A stretch of DNA of 64,000 bases from Minutocellus sp. GHC0000111. Its lineage: Eukaryota. The notes beneath the pieces are model-generated. The model ran no database searches. It was given only the letters and a program-made list of their open reading frames with translations, and was not told where the DNA came from. Location of the stretch: positions 6,200,001-6,264,000 of the forward strand of contig OZ361256.1 of NCBI GenBank assembly GCA_977018835.1, read 5' to 3'. The position numbers and the translations under genes are program-made. Numbering within the stretch: the stretch's first letter is position 1; the number at the start of each line of letters is the position of its first letter. Of the stretch, positions 34,455-46,037 are shown in pieces.

Positions 34455-37400
34455 ATGCACGCCGACCTCGTTGCCCTTTTGGCACTTACCGCCGGCGTAT
34501 CTTGCGTCGTCGATGCGGCCTTGCCCGTCCGGCCCGAATCTCCCAATAACGACCAAATACCAAATGGCAACGATCAGCACGACGAGGACGAGTTCTGGTC
34601 TCACGCCTTCTCGGCCATTCTGTCTCAAGATGCCTCGGCCGAGAGTCAGCGGATCAACCCGGACGATTGGCGGAGATACGTCCGCGAGGCGCACGATCTG
34701 CCCGAGGGCCTGTCGTCCATGTTTGGAATTGACGCACACAATGCCGAGAAAGAAGAGGACGCAGCACAAGCCAACGCAAATGCCAACAGCAACATCAATG
34801 CCCAGGAGCACAACCAGGCCTCTTGGAATCCAGGACACAACAAAGGGGGCAACTGCCGCCGCTTCCTGCACGTCGACGAGATCCCCCCGCTGGCGGTCGA
34901 GCAGCATCCTCGTCTGCTCAAGGCATTGACGCTCGACGATTTGCTGGATCCCGTTGCCCCCCCGCCGCCGGGAGCTGCCACCACATCTACCGGCAATGAC
35001 GATGATGACGATGACAATAACCGGGCCAAGGTGCCGCAGCCCTATGGCAATGGTGGTGGATACGGCAATGAGTACCGTCCTCAGTACAATTACAACGACA
35101 AGGACGACGAACTCAACTATCGCTGGCAGCAGGGCGATACCGAAGTTCCAGGATACGAAAATTCCGTCGCCGGTCCTGGTGGCATAATGGCCAAGAAGGT
35201 AACCCAATTTCTATATGTTATGTTTGTTGTTGTTTGTTTGCTTGCTTGATCTTGATGTTATGGAGAACACATGGTACGGCACAAATACCTTGATCCATTC
35301 TATCCTAGTTAGAGGTCAACATCAATCGTCGTTTGTTTGGGAGAACAGATCAGTCGAGCAGTCCAACATCCAAGCATGCATTTATATATAGTTTTCCGTC
35401 GTCCGAAACGCCGAAGATGTTACCTCCTTGGTTCCGAATAGGTCGAGAGCGGAATACTGGTTGTTTCTGGTAATTCTTTCACCCCCCCCTCAAACCAAAT
35501 TGAATCTCAAAATGAGATCTCGCTTTGTTTGTTATAGTGCGCATGAAATGAAATCCATTTCATGCGCATTCATCTTGCATCGGAACCATCGAGGCGAATA
35601 GTAGGGCCTACGGGAATTCATATATGCTTGCCGCTAGATGTGCTGTCGCTGACAATCAAACAAAGAACGGAAGTATGCAAGATAGATGGAATAGAGGGCA
35701 CAAGCCAGATGTTAGCACATAAATTTCTTCTCACTTTTTTCATTCATTGCTAAAATCTCATCACACACCAATTTCTTCCTTCCATGTCGTTCTGATTCAC
35801 CCACGTTCAGGACAAGAAGAAGGATCGCAAGAAAGACAAGAAAAAGGGTCGTAAGGACAAAGACAATAAGAAGGTCCCAGACTACAACTATCCGCACAAC
35901 TCCTACTATCCCAACGGCGGTGGCGATCCCTACTACAAGCCTCGGTCGGGCACCTACGTCAACTGTCCCTACGGCAGCGCCCTCCAGGTAATGAGGATCG
36001 GCTATCCGGTCTGCCTCGATACCAACGAAATCTTGTGCAAGGATGGTTGGAAGTTCGGCGTCATTCAGACTGGATACGGCAACAACACCGAGAGTCACCT
36101 CGAGCTTCGTAGAGACAACAGCGACAACGAACGTATGGTGGATCTGGTCTATCGCAAGTTCCCCACCGCCAACAGCCTTTGCATCGCCGAGCACCACCAG
36201 AATGTCGCCATCCTCAGCGTCGGTGTGGAGGATGGCACGTGGTATCTGGCTTGTCCCAACGCCGGCAACCCCAACAAGCTGCCTCGATTGAAAATCGTCG
36301 AGGATGCCGATAGTGGGGAACGTCATCAATTGGTCGTTCGTTTCCGTGATGGGGCTGGCGAGGATGACACATTGTGGGAATTGTTTGCCAATGGCAAGAC
36401 CGAGACTGCAAGCGACTGTGCGTGGTTCTTCATTGCCAACGCCGTGCCCACGCCAGTGCCATCTTCTAGTCCAACGGTCAGCGCAAGTCCCAGCTCGTCG
36501 CCCTCCGTATCTCCAACAGACCTTCCGTCGGCGAGGTATGTATCCTTTTTTCTTTACATTTACATTCCAGTAGTCTCGAACCACGTTCCAATTTTGATTC
36601 ATTCCCAACACTGATCTCATCATTTCCCTCGGAAAATGTAACTCTCCATCTGCTCCTCTTTTGGTTTTCAGCCCCTCGACGTCTCCCAGCACCACGCCTT
36701 CGCTTCATCCCAGCGCCTTGCCTTCCCTTCTGCCTTCTGCCACACCGAGTATTGATCCTACCGTTTCCATGATGCCGTCCGACAATCCTTCGAGCAGGTA
36801 AGTCACGACCAATACGAAACACATTTTTCCTTTTTTGCCAACGCCATTCGCTTACCTCATGTGGTTCTGAAATATGCTTTCGTCGCACTCGTACAGCCCA
36901 TCGGTGAATCCAACAATTAGTTCTGCCCCAACTGAGGATGGGCCCAGTCCATCAGCGAGCCCATCGGCCCATCCGAGCATTGCACCTAGTGGTTTGCCGT
37001 CGTCTCGGCCGAGCAGTGAGCCTAGCTCGTTGCCTTCGCCGGTGCCGTCCTCTGACCCGAGTAATGCTCCAACTGAAACAAGGTCAGGCTCGCCCAGTTC
37101 GACACCATCGGTTGCCCCTAGTAACTCCCCGTCCGTCACCGCGAGTACTATCCCGACCGCAGTCCTCAGTCCTATCAACATTACGATGATCCTTGGCGGA
37201 GACCCTCTTATAGAAGATTTTCGCAATATCTTTGACGAGGCTGCAACCCGTTGGTCCGAGTTCATTTTAGGTGATCTTCCCGATTTCCCGAATGCTCCCA
37301 ACAACGATCTATTCGATGGGAGACTGAGCTTTACATACACATCTGCCGTCGATGACTTGGTCATTGGAGCTCAACTTGAAGATTTCGATGAGAACGACGC

Positions 37401-38214
37401 CATTCGTCCTCCAACGGATGATTGCAACGACTCCCGTGTCACAGGGTTCGGTGGCTACTGCTCACAACCCCGAACTGTGGGTTCTGCTGGCCCATCTACT
37501 ACGCAGAGATTTGGTGACAATACCAAGCGAAATACAGTTGCTGGTGTAATGAGGTTTGATCGTCTCAACTTCAAGTGTTGCAATGGCGACACGGAGAAAC
37601 GTTTGACAGTTCTTCACGAAATGGCGCATGTCTTAGGTGTTGGCTTATACGATTCTTCAGGGGCATCGTTTGATACTGGAGGGCCACCTCCACCCCTTTC
37701 GTTCCAGCGATTTTGTCGACAAAATCCTGCCACCAACAATATTGTTGCAAATTACAACCTTTTTGTGCCAAACCCACCCGCATCTCTCAATTACTGGAAT
37801 GGCGTTGATCCAGCTTATAAAACAAATTATGCGAATGGAGAACTTGCCATGGAGGACTGTGTTCTTAAGGGATGTGGCTCGGGAGCAAGATGCAGTCATT
37901 GGGAGATCGAAATGTTCCCGAGTCAGGCGAATCTTCCAACGGGATTCATCCAAAGTCAGGAGCTCATGGCATACCGCAGCCGAGGCGGCTGGGCCCAGGT
38001 AATTACTGGGCTGAGCCTTGGAATTCTTGTTGACGTGGGATACGACGACGGGGTCAATGTCCGTGTTGACTTGAGCAAGGCTGATCCATATCCCGCACCT
38101 TCCGGCTTTACGAACCGCGGCGATCAACACAAGATGCTCATCCCAGACCGGGATATTGACTGGACACAGATGATGGATGAGCCTCCTCCTATTGAGGTCG
38201 AGAGAACCCGCTAA
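34455..38214 (+). CDS. Secreted mosaic protein with a Pro/Ser stalk and a C-terminal leishmanolysin (M8)-like zinc metalloprotease; exons 34455-35198, 35811-36535, 36672-36797, 36897-38214
   Basis: Signal peptide, three in-frame GT-AG introns, PSxxPS repeats, and HEMAHVLG...SHWE...ELM. Confidence 0.82.
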
Positions 38215-38362
38215 GTACAGTTTCTGTCAACAAAATACTACGTAGAAATGAAATATCTGTAACTTGATACTTGCCTCGTTAGTCACTAATATTGTAGCTA
38301 CGAAGTACTAGTTGTTTTCGTAATTTGTGCGTCGTCTTCGTCGTCGTCGTCCAAACTCGTCC

Positions 38363-39391
38363 CTAAAATGGATGAGTCTCGCTACTGCTTCCAGGCCTCT
38401 GCCTGTCCATAATATCATCCTTTCGTTTGGCATAAGGAATCTTCATGCCAAAGTTACGGCCGGAAGCAGCTAATTGGTTGTAGCTGGCCAATAATTGTCG
38501 TTGGATGATGGTCTCCTCCTTGAGGCATGTAACTTCTGGTGCCACCCAAGTCTCCTGGTACAAACGCTTCGTTGCTGCAACCGAGTCAGGCGAACGGGCA
38601 ACAATCTCCTCGGCGACCTTGATTGACTCCTCCATCGGATCAGCGACGCATCTGGTAACCAGTCCCAACTCAGCCGCCTCCTCACCTGTAATGATTCTGC
38701 CGGTCATGGTCAATTCCTTGGCCACGTCGATTCGGACCAGCTCTCGCAACGTCACACTTGCCGACATGTCCGGGATGAGACCCCACTTGGCCTCCATGAT
38801 GCTGAGCTTGCAATCTGGCGTGGCAAAGCGCATATCGGCACCCAAAGCGATTTGCATCCCACCGCCGAAGCACATGCCATGGAGCGAGGCTATGACCGGG
38901 ACGGGAATATCTCGCCAAAGATACCCCACGTCTTGTGCTAAATTGCCGATGGACGTGCCCTCAGGATATGGCCGGCCGTATCCGCTGGGTCACTCTAGCA
39001 ATCGGTCAACATTTTTGAGTGGATTGCTACCAACATTGGCCACCGACTTGACATCTAATCCGGTGCAGAAGGCTCGGCCATCACCCGATAGAATGATGGC
39101 ACGAACGGTCGGATCATCGCGCAGCTGGGCCGCTGCACCGGCGATGGATTCGAACATGGGCATGTCCAAAGCATTCATTTTCGACGGACGTGATAGAATA
39201 ACATTGCGAATTCCATCGCCGAGGGATTTGATTTGCACTCTCTGCTCACTGCTTGTACTACTACTTTGGGTGTCACCATCTGGTGAAGTTGATGCCGAGA
39301 ATTCTCGTGCCAAAGATATCATGCTCGAATTCTTGGGACGGCATCGGAGAAGCCGTGACGCGACAGCGAGTGTGCAACGTGATGATCGCAT
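38363..39391 (-). pseudogene. Mitochondrial enoyl-CoA hydratase/isomerase (crotonase) with an in-frame TGA at 38990-38992
   Basis: RPSKMNALD, GRAFCTGLD, CFGGGMQIAL and EAKWGLIPDM. Reads LLE*PSGYG in one frame. Confidence 0.85.
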
Positions 39392-39740
39392 CGAAGAATA
39401 AGGCATCACTGAGCTGTGGAAAGAATGCGTGCTCTCAGTTCTCTCCTCTGCTTTGGCTGGCAGGAGAGTAGTAGCAGAGCTGATGCCGAGAGAAGCAGTT
39501 CTGTTTTTCGGTAAGAGGCAGGGCAGCCAGGCATGGTCCCTTGATTCGATTATTCGAGTCGTGCTCAGGCAGCATTTTGATGTCTCAACTCCGGGTCCCC
39601 CACTCCATCTGCGCGCGCTGCCTGCCCCAAAAATCCGCCACAGCCTGCCAGCATAATTATTGCCAAAGAACAATGGGATCGCCAGAGTCTACAAAACTGC
39701 CAGCATAATTACTACGTAGTATTGCCAAAGAACAAGCAAG

Positions 39741-40424
39741 ATGGGATCGCATGAGTCTGGAAACAGCGGCAGCGGAGGTGCGCACATCGTCAGCCGCTCC
39801 TACGACAATCTGCAACAGATGAAGCATTCGTCCTTCTGGACTCGTACGAAGGCCTTTAAACGCTTGACAAAGTGGGCCTTTGGAGTGTGCGATCGGAACA
39901 AGTCGGGCGAGATCAACAAGACGGAGCTCTACGCCGGTTTGGTGCTGGTTCATTTGAATCTGGCGAAATATGTCGGCCCAGCGGCATGCTTCCCACCCAG
40001 TCGAGACACGGTGGATAAGCTGTTTGATGCCAGTGATGATAACAATTCTGGTGGAATCGACGAGGAGGAATTCAATCAGATCATGATTGTGCCGTGTTCG
40101 GAAATAACAGGCAGGATAGTTACGTACTATACAATTCTCATCCTCGCTGTGCCATATCTTGTTAGTGCAATCATCCATTTCCTTGATATACTTGGGGTTG
40201 ATGAGACGGTCCGAGCGGTAGACAAGAATGTATGGGAGGCCTATGCGCCAGCGTTGTTGCAAAGGTTGACAGACATGATTCCTGACTCGACTTGGGAAAG
40301 CTTGCCTCAGACTCTCACCAGTACTGCGTTATTTTACATGGTGATTCCCATGACATGGAATTTTATCGATGTGAGGCTCCATCGATATGCCGAACGGACC
40401 AGTGTTGTTGAAAAGGCGGAATAG
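39741..40424 (+). CDS. EF-hand membrane protein
   Basis: DRNKSGEINKTEL and DDNNSGGIDEEEF loops plus hydrophobic segments. Confidence 0.8.
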   Translation: MGSHESGNSGSGGAHIVSRSYDNLQQMKHSSFWTRTKAFKRLTKWAFGVCDRNKSGEINKTELYAGLVLVHLNLAKYVGPAACFPPSRDTVDKLFDASDDNNSGGIDEEEFNQIMIVPCSEITGRIVTYYTILILAVPYLVSAIIHFLDILGVDETVRAVDKNVWEAYAPALLQRLTDMIPDSTWESLPQTLTSTALFYMVIPMTWNFIDVRLHRYAERTSVVEKAE

Positions 40425-40646
40425 AAGAGTGTATGTATAGACATGTATTGTATGAGCAGGTGATGATACTAGGTCCTTTAGATATTTCTATCGGAGGGTA
40501 TCGCAAAAGAGTGTGTCTAAAAATAGCAGATCTTGGCGAGCCAGGATTTCGGCATATCTATGCATATGCGGCAATAATAACCCTGCGAGAAATATACGCC
40601 GCCATAATTAGATGAATTGCTTCACATTTTATTATTTCATCACAGG

Positions 40647-41289
40647 CTAGACAGGATCATCAGGATAGTCAAATCGATCTCTCCAACGTATGTCAAGAAA
40701 GGCAGTGACGAACGAGAAGACGCAAAAGGCAATCTGAACTGTTCTTGCCAGTTCTGTGTCCATATCGCCAGGTAAAAGTGACGGCACATCTACAACCGAT
40801 TCGGCAATGGTATATCGTAGAAACAGCGTAAAAAATCCCATCACTCCTGGAACTCGTCGATCGACAATGTACGACCTCTTTGGATCTGGAGGAAGGATCT
40901 CATTTCTTGTCAATATATCTCCGAACAGAGACAGGGCAACAAATATCAAGGTGAAGAGATAATCTTGCACGGCGATGCCAGCCACGAATGTGGTAAAGCC
41001 AAAGCAATCGTCCTTGTATATTGCCGTCTTTGGAGTTGTTTCTGCGTCATCACCGTCGTTGCTGGCAAAAGAGGGGATCACGGAACGTATTGGTCGTTGA
41101 AGTAGGATCATTGAAATTACAAAAGATCGCAGCAGGATGTCGACGGCGCATACCGATCGGCTGCAAGTGGGCGCTCCGAGCATTCGTTGGCACATGTCTT
41201 GGGCTATAATGGAATGCCGTTGCAGCTGAAAAGAGGTGGATGCTTGGTAAAATGATGGCAACCAACCATATTTGCTTGGCTTCTTTCAT
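40647..41289 (-). CDS. Putative plastid-targeted membrane protein (frameshift at ~41068)
   Basis: Signal peptide ending ATA|F plus a transit-like peptide in one frame. The TM domain (KDDCFG..) is in another frame; removing one T from a T4 run joins them. Confidence 0.6.
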
Positions 41290-41713
41290 CTCTGCATGGA
41301 TTGCAGTTCTGCAGATCTGAAGAGTACTCCTCCAATGTTCTCTTTCGCGTATCATGTTTTTAATTTGTCCTTAGGAGTGTTATGCTCTGGCCTTCGTACG
41401 TTTCCCCGGAGGGAGCACATAATTTTTGTGTTAGTGGTAAGGAACGATGCTCGTCTGTTGCCGCTGGCTTGGATCGTGGTATGGCGCCACGCCAATATGC
41501 AATCTCCTTTGTTAGTGCTGCGGATTAGGTGTTCGGTTTTGAAAGGGCGTGTGGGTTTATCATGGCGCCGCCGATTTAGAGTTTTAGCGAGTGGGAGGTC
41601 CGGAGGCGGTCCGTTCGGGGATGCCGGGGAAAGCCGAACTCGTCGAACGGCGGTACCAGCTGCACGAACTGCATGCATTGCACGTGCCTCATATTATACG
41701 CGCGCATGTAGAG

Positions 41714-41759
41714 GCGGTGCCATGGAAGCGGTGCCATGGAAGCGGTGCCATGGAAGCGG
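41714..41759. repeat. Tandem repeat, 14-bp unit GCGGTGCCATGGAA x3
   Basis: Seen directly in the sequence. Confidence 0.9.
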
Positions 41760-42110
41760 CGCGACGATCCGGCCAAGACGATGGGGGTACATGTATTGGC
41801 ATCTTTTTGGGAAGTACGGCGGCCTGAACATAAATAGAGCGACTGCAGGGTGGTAATGTTCGATTCCCGACCGTGCTCACAGATACCATGGTCTTTGGAG
41901 GGGGTCAGGTCAATCGCTACTATCGCGCTTTATGTACGGGTGGTTCGATCTGGAAGTGGAAGGAAGATTTGTCGCCGTAAGGGGAAAACGGAGCTCTTTC
42001 ATTTTGCGCCATTTTTTATTTTCTCTCACCGTCACCATTTATTTCCCCCCCTACCCTCCCTCTGCGTACAGTTTTCGGACAATTGAGCACACAAAAAAGA
42101 CTTGCGCACC

Positions 42111-42373
42111 ATGGGTCTCACCGCCGCCCTCATCGGAGGCATCTCGGGAACGGGCATGCACATGATGACGAATTCCATGCGGAAGGTGCCGCTGTCAAGG
42201 GCACACCGTGGAATCACGTCGCCTACTTTTTCATCGGCGCGTGGGCCGGCAACAAGTACGTCGAGGTGGAGAAGAAGATGCTCATGGACGTCAATGAGAT
42301 CCGTGCCGACAAGGGCCTGCCGCCGCTGGTGGGATCTGGTTACTGGGTCAAGTACTTACCGGCGCAGGAGTGA
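42111..42373 (+). CDS. Mitochondrial complex I accessory subunit (B14.5b/NDUFC2-like), frameshift at ~42203
   Basis: MGLTAALIGG..MTNSMRKVPLSR-APWNHV resembles the plant-type SNALRKLPYMRHPWEHV pattern (recalled). A CA duplication (gcaCAccg) shifts the frame. Confidence 0.65.
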
Positions 42374-42750
42374 AGAAAAAGAAGTGAAGATAGATGATGG
42401 ACGCCGACGACATGACCGGTTCTGATATCATCTTTCTCTCTTTTTCGGTTTTGGTTTGCTTCGGTTGGTTGCAGACTGGCTCAAATTCTAGTATATTGGT
42501 CCGTTGCCGACTAATAAATAATTTTGTACCACTAGCTAGATCTACAATAACCACCACCACCATGCTGTGTTTTGTACATGTGGTCCCGTTTCGCTGCCGT
42601 CGACTCTGTTCCCGATTGAACACGTCATCGGCAACACCAAGAAGTCGAAAGTAGGCCCTCACATTGACTTCCAAGCGCAATAACTACATACCTAGGTACA
42701 TACATGCACAACAAGTAGAAGTAACGATAGCGCCAGTCCATACTAGCAAG

Positions 42751-43593
42751 ATGCAAATTGTTTCGACCATCACCTCGTCTTTGCCACCGTCTCTCCCAGG
42801 ACTTGCCGGCGGAGCGTTCACGGCCTACCAAATCCTCGCGACGGCCGTCAGCTACAAAGGCGAAACAAGTGCTGACTCGAGGGTCCAATACAGCAAGTTT
42901 GCCACGAATGCCAATGCAGGTGGAGCAGATAAGGCCGGACCTACCTGGCCCTCTCAGGTGGGCATGCTAGTCATTTACACGCCGGCACTCATCGCATCGG
43001 TCGCTCTGCTGAAATTGGGAACCCTGCCAGCGGAGACACTTTCACTCCCGTTCTCGATCCCACCACCCTCGCCGGCAGCGGTCTTTTGCGCCTTTCACTT
43101 TGCCAAGCGCGTATGCGAGGTTTTGGTGGTGCACAAGTACAGTGGCCGAGTTGATCGCATCACACCATCATTTGTTGGATTTTACTACGCCGTGGTGGCT
43201 GTATTGATTGGATTTGTGAGCGATCCCAACCCTTCTGCCACCGCACTTCAGGTGGGAAAGATATTGTTCGGTATTGGCCTGGCCGGTAATTTCTACCATC
43301 ACCGATTATTGGCCAAGCTCAGGAGTGATTCTACCGGTGGGGGTGAGAAGAAGTACGTGGCTCCCAAGGGCGGCCTATTTAATCATGTGGCGGCCCCACA
43401 TTATCTCTTTGAACTGATTGGCTGGCTTGGAGTGGCCATTGTCGCAAACCATCTCAACGTTTATCTTGTATTCACGGCCATGTGTTCGTACTTGGCTGGA
43501 AGAAGTGTGGCGCAGAATGAGTTTAACCGAAAGAAATTTTCCAATGACGAGTGGCCGGAAACGAGAAAGAATCTTGTTCCGTTTATCTTCTAA
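42751..43593 (+). CDS. Steroid 5-alpha-reductase / enoyl-CoA reductase-like membrane protein
   Basis: HFAKRVCEVLVVHKYSG, NFYHHRLLAKLR, PKGGLF..PHYLFE and RKNLVPFIF. Confidence 0.88.
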   Translation: MQIVSTITSSLPPSLPGLAGGAFTAYQILATAVSYKGETSADSRVQYSKFATNANAGGADKAGPTWPSQVGMLVIYTPALIASVALLKLGTLPAETLSLPFSIPPPSPAAVFCAFHFAKRVCEVLVVHKYSGRVDRITPSFVGFYYAVVAVLIGFVSDPNPSATALQVGKILFGIGLAGNFYHHRLLAKLRSDSTGGGEKKYVAPKGGLFNHVAAPHYLFELIGWLGVAIVANHLNVYLVFTAMCSYLAGRSVAQNEFNRKKFSNDEWPETRKNLVPFIF

Positions 43594-43596
43594 ATG

Positions 43597-44354
43597 TATA
43601 TGTTAGTCCCAAAATGCGCACTGTCCCAGTTCGCGAACTGGGATCCCAGTTTGCGAACTGAGATTCATTTATCCCAGTTTGCGCACTGGGCCCCAGTTCC
43701 CAAACTAGGATCTCAGTTTGCGCACTGATACTACCAGAATGGAAACTGAGATAAACACGCCAATCCGAATTTGGGAACCAGACGAGTTCGCGAACTGGAA
43801 CAAAAATGAATACCAGTTTGGAAACTGGCATTCTCGGCAAGTGTCAGAATGGTAACTGCCGGTGTTGGCTCATGCACAATGATTATGTACTGGTAGATCT
43901 ATCTACAATACAAGTTGCACTGTGCATCATATCTTGAATTTGCAAGCTACATGTACTGGTACAGTAGCAACATGATGCCGGCATAGCACAGATGCATGTA
44001 CAGTTCATGACTTATATTTGCCAGAAGCAGCTAGCTAGATATTATTATTTATTCACTATATGTATTTAGTATCAGCTAATGCCAATTTATTGAGTATCAG
44101 CTCCGGCACTAATGTCGTCTGGACGTCTGGACCAGGTTTGGGCTGTGTTGCTTCACTATGAAAAAATGAAGCGAGGAGAAGCAAAGGCGATATCATCCAT
44201 GCTAAATATTCATTATTTCTCGATTGATCCCAGTTTGCAAACTGAGATTGTGCCTATGATCCCAGTTTCCAAACTGGGATGAATAAATCCTAGTTCGCAA
44301 ACTGGGATCCCAGTTCGCGAACTGGGACAGTGCGCATTTTGGGACTAACATATA
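43597..44354. mobile_element. Non-autonomous TIR element (MITE/foldback-like) with palindromic subterminal repeats and TA ends
   Basis: 43595-43659 is a perfect inverted copy of 44292-44356, extending imperfectly to about 96 bp. Multiple CCCAGTT(N4)AACTGGG-type motifs; no coding capacity. Confidence 0.92.
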
Positions 44355-44456
44355 CAAGTAATCGGCGCTAGCTTAAAAAAATATTCAGTACCTGTTTAAT
44401 TAACTTTTATTTGTCTACATGCAACGTAAATATATATGTATAAGTGAATGGTCAAA

Positions 44457-46037
44457 TTAATCATCCCAAAGCAAAGAATCCACCGACCTTGCATCCGTAC
44501 CAATGGTGTCTTCGTGAACTTGCTCGTTCCTCATGGAGTTAAACACATTCCGAATGCTCATGCCGATACCAACACCCTCATTGCCATTCTCTTGACTGTC
44601 GTTTCTATCATGGCTGGAAATAAAAGATTTGCGGTTGCCTCTGTTGTTCTTCCAACTGTCGCAGCTACCACCGTGAACGCTCTCCTTGGATATGCGAAGA
44701 AGGCCCATCTTGGATTTCATTTCGTTTTGAGACAAGAGCATCTTGTCGAGCTGCTCTTTCATCTTGGCATTTTCCTGCCTCAGGAACTCCATGTTGTTCG
44801 ACGTTTGCACGTCCTTTTTTTCGGCTCGGTCCAGCAGATCGGCCACCGTATCGCTCAATCGGCTCACCGTTGTCTGGAGCGATTCCACGGTGGCCCGAGA
44901 TATGGCCAGCTCCGATTTAAGCGAAGCGAATTCTGCAACGGATATTTGCATTCCCTCCGTCGGTTCGGCGCCAACATCGGCAGACTTGGCAGATACCGTT
45001 CGAGTATTCACGCCAAAGGCCTGATCACTGAGCATACGACTACGGCCGGGACCTGGTGCCGCCACTGTGTTCCGAGGACGCGCATCGTCTTCATTAGGGC
45101 CATCAATCTCCTCCATGATGGTCTTGGCAAATGTCAGGGGAGTGTCGGAATCGGTCTTGACCAGCGTCACAACCCCCACTTGCCGTTTGTTGGGCAGAAC
45201 GTCCACAATACCTGCGTCGTTCGCTGCCCTGCGTAGCTCCTTGTCTTTTGTGAGAAGCCACCCGCCGTATCCCATTCGGGGCTCCGATCCTGCCGGACCC
45301 AGGAGTTCATCCAGCACGTCGGCACAGGAGAATGACATGCGGGCACTACTACCAGCATTGGTAAGCAGATAGTGCGTTAGGATGCGGCTGGCATCCTCCC
45401 GACTTCCCTCGCGCTTGCCGCCGAAGCCTGCCAGGTGCAACGGTAGACGGAGCTGCCGCAGCTCCTCGGGGGGGAGGGTGCAGAACACCTCCCCGAAGAC
45501 GGCGCTGTTGGCGTTGGCCTCGGTAACGTGCAGGTCGCATACCAGATACCGCAACAGGTCCATGGCGGGCAGGGCACTCTTTTTCATCAATTCGGGCGCA
45601 TTGTTATTGGCGCGGCTGTGGTTGGACGACGGCGTGCCGCAGGCCCGCAAAAGACCGGGGATGTACGTGTCGCCTCCATCAAGTTTGGTTCCCAGGAACA
45701 ATATCAGCACATCCTCCCTACGAAATGGCGGTTTGGACACACCATCCGGCGAATACTTTCCGTTGACGTAGGATCGGAACTTGTTGAGACGAACAACACG
45801 CTCTTTGCCGCGGTGGGCGTTGTCGGCTCGCGGATCGAGCGCACGCAGAACCTTGAATATCTTCTTGGCGGAAACGACCAGCGCAGGGTTGATCGGCTTT
45901 GTTGCTTCTGGTGATGCGCCCGGAGCAGCATCGTTTGCCGGATTGGTGGCATAATAATCGGTCGTGCTCACGTCGCTCAAGATTGAGGCCACGGCGGCCA
46001 CGCCATGGGTGAGGGACGGTCGTCGGATTCGGGGCAT
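44457..46037 (-). CDS. Hypothetical protein with a C-terminal coiled coil
   Basis: 526-aa ORF with a heptad segment (LKSELAISRATVESLQ...). Confidence 0.7.
   Translation of the reverse strand: MPRIRRPSLTHGVAAVASILSDVSTTDYYATNPANDAAPGASPEATKPINPALVVSAKKIFKVLRALDPRADNAHRGKERVVRLNKFRSYVNGKYSPDGVSKPPFRREDVLILFLGTKLDGGDTYIPGLLRACGTPSSNHSRANNNAPELMKKSALPAMDLLRYLVCDLHVTEANANSAVFGEVFCTLPPEELRQLRLPLHLAGFGGKREGSREDASRILTHYLLTNAGSSARMSFSCADVLDELLGPAGSEPRMGYGGWLLTKDKELRRAANDAGIVDVLPNKRQVGVVTLVKTDSDTPLTFAKTIMEEIDGPNEDDARPRNTVAAPGPGRSRMLSDQAFGVNTRTVSAKSADVGAEPTEGMQISVAEFASLKSELAISRATVESLQTTVSRLSDTVADLLDRAEKKDVQTSNNMEFLRQENAKMKEQLDKMLLSQNEMKSKMGLLRISKESVHGGSCDSWKNNRGNRKSFISSHDRNDSQENGNEGVGIGMSIRNVFNSMRNEQVHEDTIGTDARSVDSLLWDD

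Noticed and set aside
38990..38992. In-frame TGA in enoyl-CoA hydratase as selenocysteine
   Set aside because: It is not in a redox Cys motif, LLE*PSG fits CGA(Arg) to TGA, and no SECIS is evident downstream.
43620..43830. Spaced palindromic repeats resembling a CRISPR array
   Set aside because: The units are degenerate with short irregular gaps, they are mirrored at the other end of a TIR element, the context is eukaryotic and there are no cas genes.
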